Of a DNA stretch of 64,000 bases, positions 59,531 to 64,000 are shown one piece after another. A model generated the notes under the pieces. It was not told where the DNA came from, did no database searches, and worked only from the letters and a program-made list of their open reading frames with translations. Both the position numbers and the translations under genes were made by a program. The DNA is from Lama glama (lineage: Eukaryota), in NCBI GenBank assembly GCA_028534125.1, contig CM052817.1:25670001-25734000 (forward strand), in the 5' to 3' direction. Each line of letters opens with the position of its first letter. The first letter of the stretch is position 1.

Positions 59531-61449
59531 GTCCAGAATCAGTGCTTCTTCCTTGTACTCTTCTACCAATAAAGCAAACTGGAAAACATACCGGATTTTT
59601 TTTTTCATTGTTACCCGCAGGCTATCATAATCTTAAATTTTTAAGTAATTGCCTCACCCCCGGAGTGTGGAGAATCAGAAAGGGACTTTATTTCAGTAAA
59701 ACCGGCGTGTCTGGTTGAAACTTTTTCATTTAGGTATTTCATTGCACTCTCTGGAATCAAAAGCTGACGAAGAAAGTTTGCTGTGTCCAAGAGAAAAGCA
59801 TTTCTGCCGTCTTTATTATAGTTCCTTTTTTAAAAAAATTTTTTTGAATTATTGGTACATTGACAAAATTCAAAAAGTTCAAGAGTTCAGTCTCCCCACC
59901 CGCCAGTATTACCAGTTTCTTGTGCATCTTTCCAGAGATTATGCCAATGTCCTTGCTTCTTTTTAAAAATGAAACTGCTTTGTATTAAGTGCCTAGCAGT
60001 TACTGGTACCCAATAAATGGTAATTCTCATTTCTTTGAGAAACAGTTTAATAAGTCTTTTTGGTTGTTAGACCGCTGAAGAACTCATAATGATTTTTTTT
60101 CTGGTTTTAAGCATTTCGAATTTGATTTTATTGTGAATGTGTATGTTCTATTGGCTTGTCATAAATATGTGAATACTTTTTTACACAAAGGTGACACTGA
60201 TTTTGGGGGTAATAGGACGGGTAGGGAGAAATCAATATGATATTGTAAGAAAATAGGACAGTATATACAATAGATAGTTCCAAAAATGACTGGAAGCAAC
60301 TTAGTATCCACATACTACTATAGGGTAAAACAAAACGAAATGAGAAAATTGAGGCAAAGCAGGGAGAAAAAAAGACTACAAAGTCAAGGGTAAGATATTA
60401 CCAAGTGTGTACTGTAAGATCCCCTACTTGAGATGAGTCATAGTTTTGGCTCTGGGCTTCCCTAGCGGGTGGGGGTGGGGGGGTTGTAAAGTAAGTTTCA
60501 GTGTATTTCTAATTCCAAGAAGAGAAAAACAAACCAGTTCTTCTGCCTAAGCAGGGCATTTTTTAGTAATGAGGCCCAAGAGGAACATTTTTCTCATGGG
60601 CCCTAATAAAAAGGGAGATTGTTGTGATGCAGTTGACAGCCCCACCTTTAAAATACCCTTACAGAAAATGGTGACTTTTGGATAACAGTGTTCTTCAGTA
60701 TAGAGCAATAGTAAGACTCTAAAGATAAGTTCTCTGAAGGCTTAACTTGAGCCATTTGTAAGTTTAGATTACCTAGAACCCTGTTTCCCAAACTGAGTTC
60801 TAAGGCATGAGAAATCAGTAGTTTATTTCTTGAAATAACTCAAAATAACTTTGAGATAGCTGGGTCAGACAAATTTCAAAGGTTGTTTTTGTTTTTTTTT
60901 TAAACTCAATTCCTTGGCTAATGTTCAAGTTTACTCTCTTAAGGGGGGATATGTTTTGTGACCCTGTCCAAATTTATTTGACTATGAAACAAATTGAGAA
61001 CCAGTGAACCTATAGAAATGGATGGATTGCCTATTCTTCAGGTAATTCTTCGTGAATATTTCTTACAGCTGAGATTTGATAAGAATTAGGGAGCAAAGAG
61101 TTTGAGGTTAGCCAATTTATTAAGAACCAAAGTGAAGATAATCTAAAGGTCAGAACTTAATAGACTGTATATCAATGGAAAAGGCTACTTTTCCCCAGAG
61201 TTCTTTTATAGTTCTTCATTGTTCTGCAAACTGCCTGTTGAACCAGGTGATCTCTAGGACTTCTTGTTCTGTGCTTCAGGGTATTCAGGGTCTTGAATTA
61301 GACTAGGTTAGGCAAGTAGAACTCCTTAAAGGATGGTTTTATTCTTGGATGTAAATATGTCATTGATTTTTTTCTTTTTATCATAAATACTGTGGATACT
61401 ATTAATTAACTATCAAACCCCAGAATTCTGTAGCTGTAAGAGATCTTGG

Positions 61450-61620
61450 AAAGCGTAGTACATAGTGGAAAGGGATTTGGAGCCAGAAAATCTGGAATCG
61501 TGCCACTAATGTGCAGGGTTGTTTCCAGTAAGTTTAGGAACCTCTCTGAATCTGTTTCCTTATTTGTAAGATTAGAATGATGACAGCACACAGTTTATTC
61601 AGTAGAGGTTGAGTATATTG
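61450..61620 (+). mobile_element. MIR SINE fragment
   Basis: TTTGGAGCCAGAAAATCTGG...AACCTCTCTGAATCTGTTTCCTTATTTGTAA. Confidence 0.6.
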
Positions 61621-62019
61621 AGAGTCCATTGGTACTGGGTAGTAGAAAAACAGCTTTAAGGATGCAAATGAAATAATGTATCAAGAATCCTTTACTGTCT
61701 AGATTTTTTCCATTCCTGAGTGTAGATCACAAGAGTTTGAACGGCAAGGAATATCATCCTATCCAAATGTATTTGGTCCCTGAGTTTCAGATAGTAAGTA
61801 GTGAGAATTGAGAGAATAAAGGATTAGTCCAAAAATTTACTTGACTCCATTCAGTTCTTGTGTTTGGATTTTGACAGTTTGGATAATGAGGGACACTTCT
61901 GTAAGAAAGTATTCGATAATTGATGCAGTGCTATATGAAATGTCACCATTCTAAAGACAAATTGAAGGCCAGAGCTATTCATTGTCTTCACTCCATTTGT
62001 GAGTGAGGGGTTTGTTGAG

Positions 62020-62405
62020 TTTATCAAGTAGGGTAAATAATGATGGGGATTAAAAGACCCTCACTTCTTAGTGGTTTAAAACAACAAAGGTTTGTTTCTA
62101 AGTCACATTACATGACACATAGCGTCAGCAGGAGAGCTCTGTTCCAGTAGTCATTTAGAGCCCCAGATTGTCGGTCTCCATCTCAACACCTGCTTCCATG
62201 TGTGTTAGGGCAGGGGAGAGGGTGTGATAAATTGCGCATTGGCTCTTAAAGGCTTCTACGTGAAAGTAACTTCCACTGCCACTTCATTGGCCAAACAAGT
62301 CGTATGACTGCAACCCAATTTCAAGAAGTTGGGGACATGAAATTCTACCTTGAGCCCAGAAGGCGGAAAGTGGAAATAGTCTGTGGACAATCTTAAAGAC
62401 TACGA
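62020..62405 (-). mobile_element. MaLR LTR (MLT1H/I-like)
   Basis: CTTAGTGGTTTAAAACAACAAAGGTTT...CATTGGCCAAACAAGTCGTATGAC. Confidence 0.6.
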
Positions 62406-64000
62406 CGAAGCAGACTTCATAGTCCCGTATGTTAACACAAAATTCTGAATAAATCAAATCCAGATTATGTTTTTCAGTATTCTATTTAGAGAATAGAAAA
62501 CAGCATTTCTTTGTGTATATTTAATCATAGAATTATGCTAATGATAATTATAAAGAACATCTTTTGTTAATTGGAACTGAAATGCTTTTGAAAACTTCCA
62601 ATTAGATGAACCGTTTGGCCAAGTGGATTTCATTATTCTTTAATTATACGTCCATTCAGTAAATATTTGTTAAATATGGTGTGTATGCAGCACTACGTTA
62701 GATCCCATGAGGATAAAAAAGATGAATGGAAAATTTACACCCCAACAGAAAATAGCTATAATTGAGTTCTCACTCTTTCGCTTTCTCTTTAAAACAACAT
62801 TAACAGCGTCTTTCAATATGACAAAATCTGATTATGTACACATACACCGTTACACTTTGCCTCTGGCCATCTTGTTTGGTCTTAGAGATTATTTGGTGAC
62901 AACTTTAGAGAATTACTTAAACTAATTTAAGCAAAAAGAGTATTTTGTTAGAAAAAGGATATAGCTTTATGTCAAACAATCCAAGGGCAGGAAGTGCAGC
63001 TGAGTCTCAGAGGCACCTGGCATCAGTAACAGAAAACCAGGAGGGGGGCTGCTTTCCCTCTCCAGGTCTATATGATTTTTGTCAGTGTCTCTCTCTGCAC
63101 GTATACTTCATTCCTCTTTTTCTCTGTTGATTCGTTTTCTCTATTTTGCTGTTAAATGGGTGTGTTTAACCTAAGAGTTCACACGCTAGAAGCCTTTAGC
63201 CATTCCAGAAGAACTAATTTTTTTCAAAGTGCCACATCTTGATTAGTTCGTAAGTTAACCACTATCAGAATTTGGAAATAATAGAGTTGGCCTAAAGTAT
63301 AACAAGTTAGGGTAATTGACAACTTTGTAATAGGGAAGGAGGCAGTTCTAATAGCCTAAGATGAAAGAAACCTGTGATGCTGGTGAAAGTTCTATTGCAT
63401 AATTAACATCAGCTTGCAAATCTAGTGGGACAGGCTGATTAGAATAATCAGGATAAGAAGGTAGAACTGGAGCTGACTTGCAGCAACAATATCCCCTCCC
63501 TGAACACTGACAAATGCCATCCCCATTGTAATCCTTTCATCCATCCCTTTTCGCTCTCCCAAGGTACAGATTACTGAATTGTCTAACTCTTATTAAGACG
63601 CCTACTTTTGATGCTGATACATACAGGGCTCCCTGGTTTTTCCCCCTGGCCAGTAATGCAGGAAGATGGAAGTACTTAATCTACTGCCTTTCTCTGCTCT
63701 TTTCTTCCCTCCAAATTGATCTGGACTCTACTCAGACACTTCACCCTTTAACATTCTATTGCCGTATTTCTCCACCAATGTAACCTATTTTTATTCTCAA
63801 TAAATTTCCATTCTTTTTCTGTAAACTTTGTACTTAGCTTCTCTAGCGAAGTTCCCTTGGCATTCTTTACCTATGCAATATTGCCTTTCTTCTTGGTTGA
63901 AAACCATCCATAGCTTCACCTCAGCAGATGGCTGAACGGATGGACTGTGGCGAGGTAGTAATGTTTCCTGGAAGAGGGGATCCCCAGAAAAAAAGAGTAA

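Noticed and set aside
58348..59608. Long overlapping ORFs (374, 347, 286 and 214 aa) on both strands
   Set aside because: They are low-complexity Pro/Gly/Arg/Ala translations open in several frames because the CpG island lacks stop codons. They have no recognisable domain and cross a consensus splice donor.

Overview
Mammalian genomic DNA, not prokaryotic. It is repeat-rich (L1, L2, MIR, MaLR/ERV LTRs, hAT and Tigger MITEs) and has two 500-N scaffold gaps. The young L1 3' ends and the absence of recognisable Alu, B1, Bov-A, PRE1 or SINEC elements suggest a camelid, which is an inference from recall. The window holds the complete TMEM156 gene on the minus strand. I assembled 7 coding exons by hand (46701-46614, 30951-30682, 29013-28753, 26944-26825, 24836-24753, 12452-12347, 10027-10015): 942 nt, 313 aa, all GT-AG introns. 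A CpG-island promoter and non-coding first exon of a plus-strand gene lie at about 58.6-59.5 kb, probably KLHL5 by synteny. I see no evidence of a wholly new biological system. The best leads are gene-level: a 17-aa C-terminal extension beyond the human stop, an in-frame uORF ending 3 nt before the start codon, a furin-type RTRR motif in the ectodomain, two sense-oriented solo LTRs upstream of a spare splice acceptor, and a minisatellite grown inside a MER81-like element. Repeat family names and human comparisons come from memory, not from searches, and repeat boundaries are approximate unless target-site duplications (TSDs) are given.
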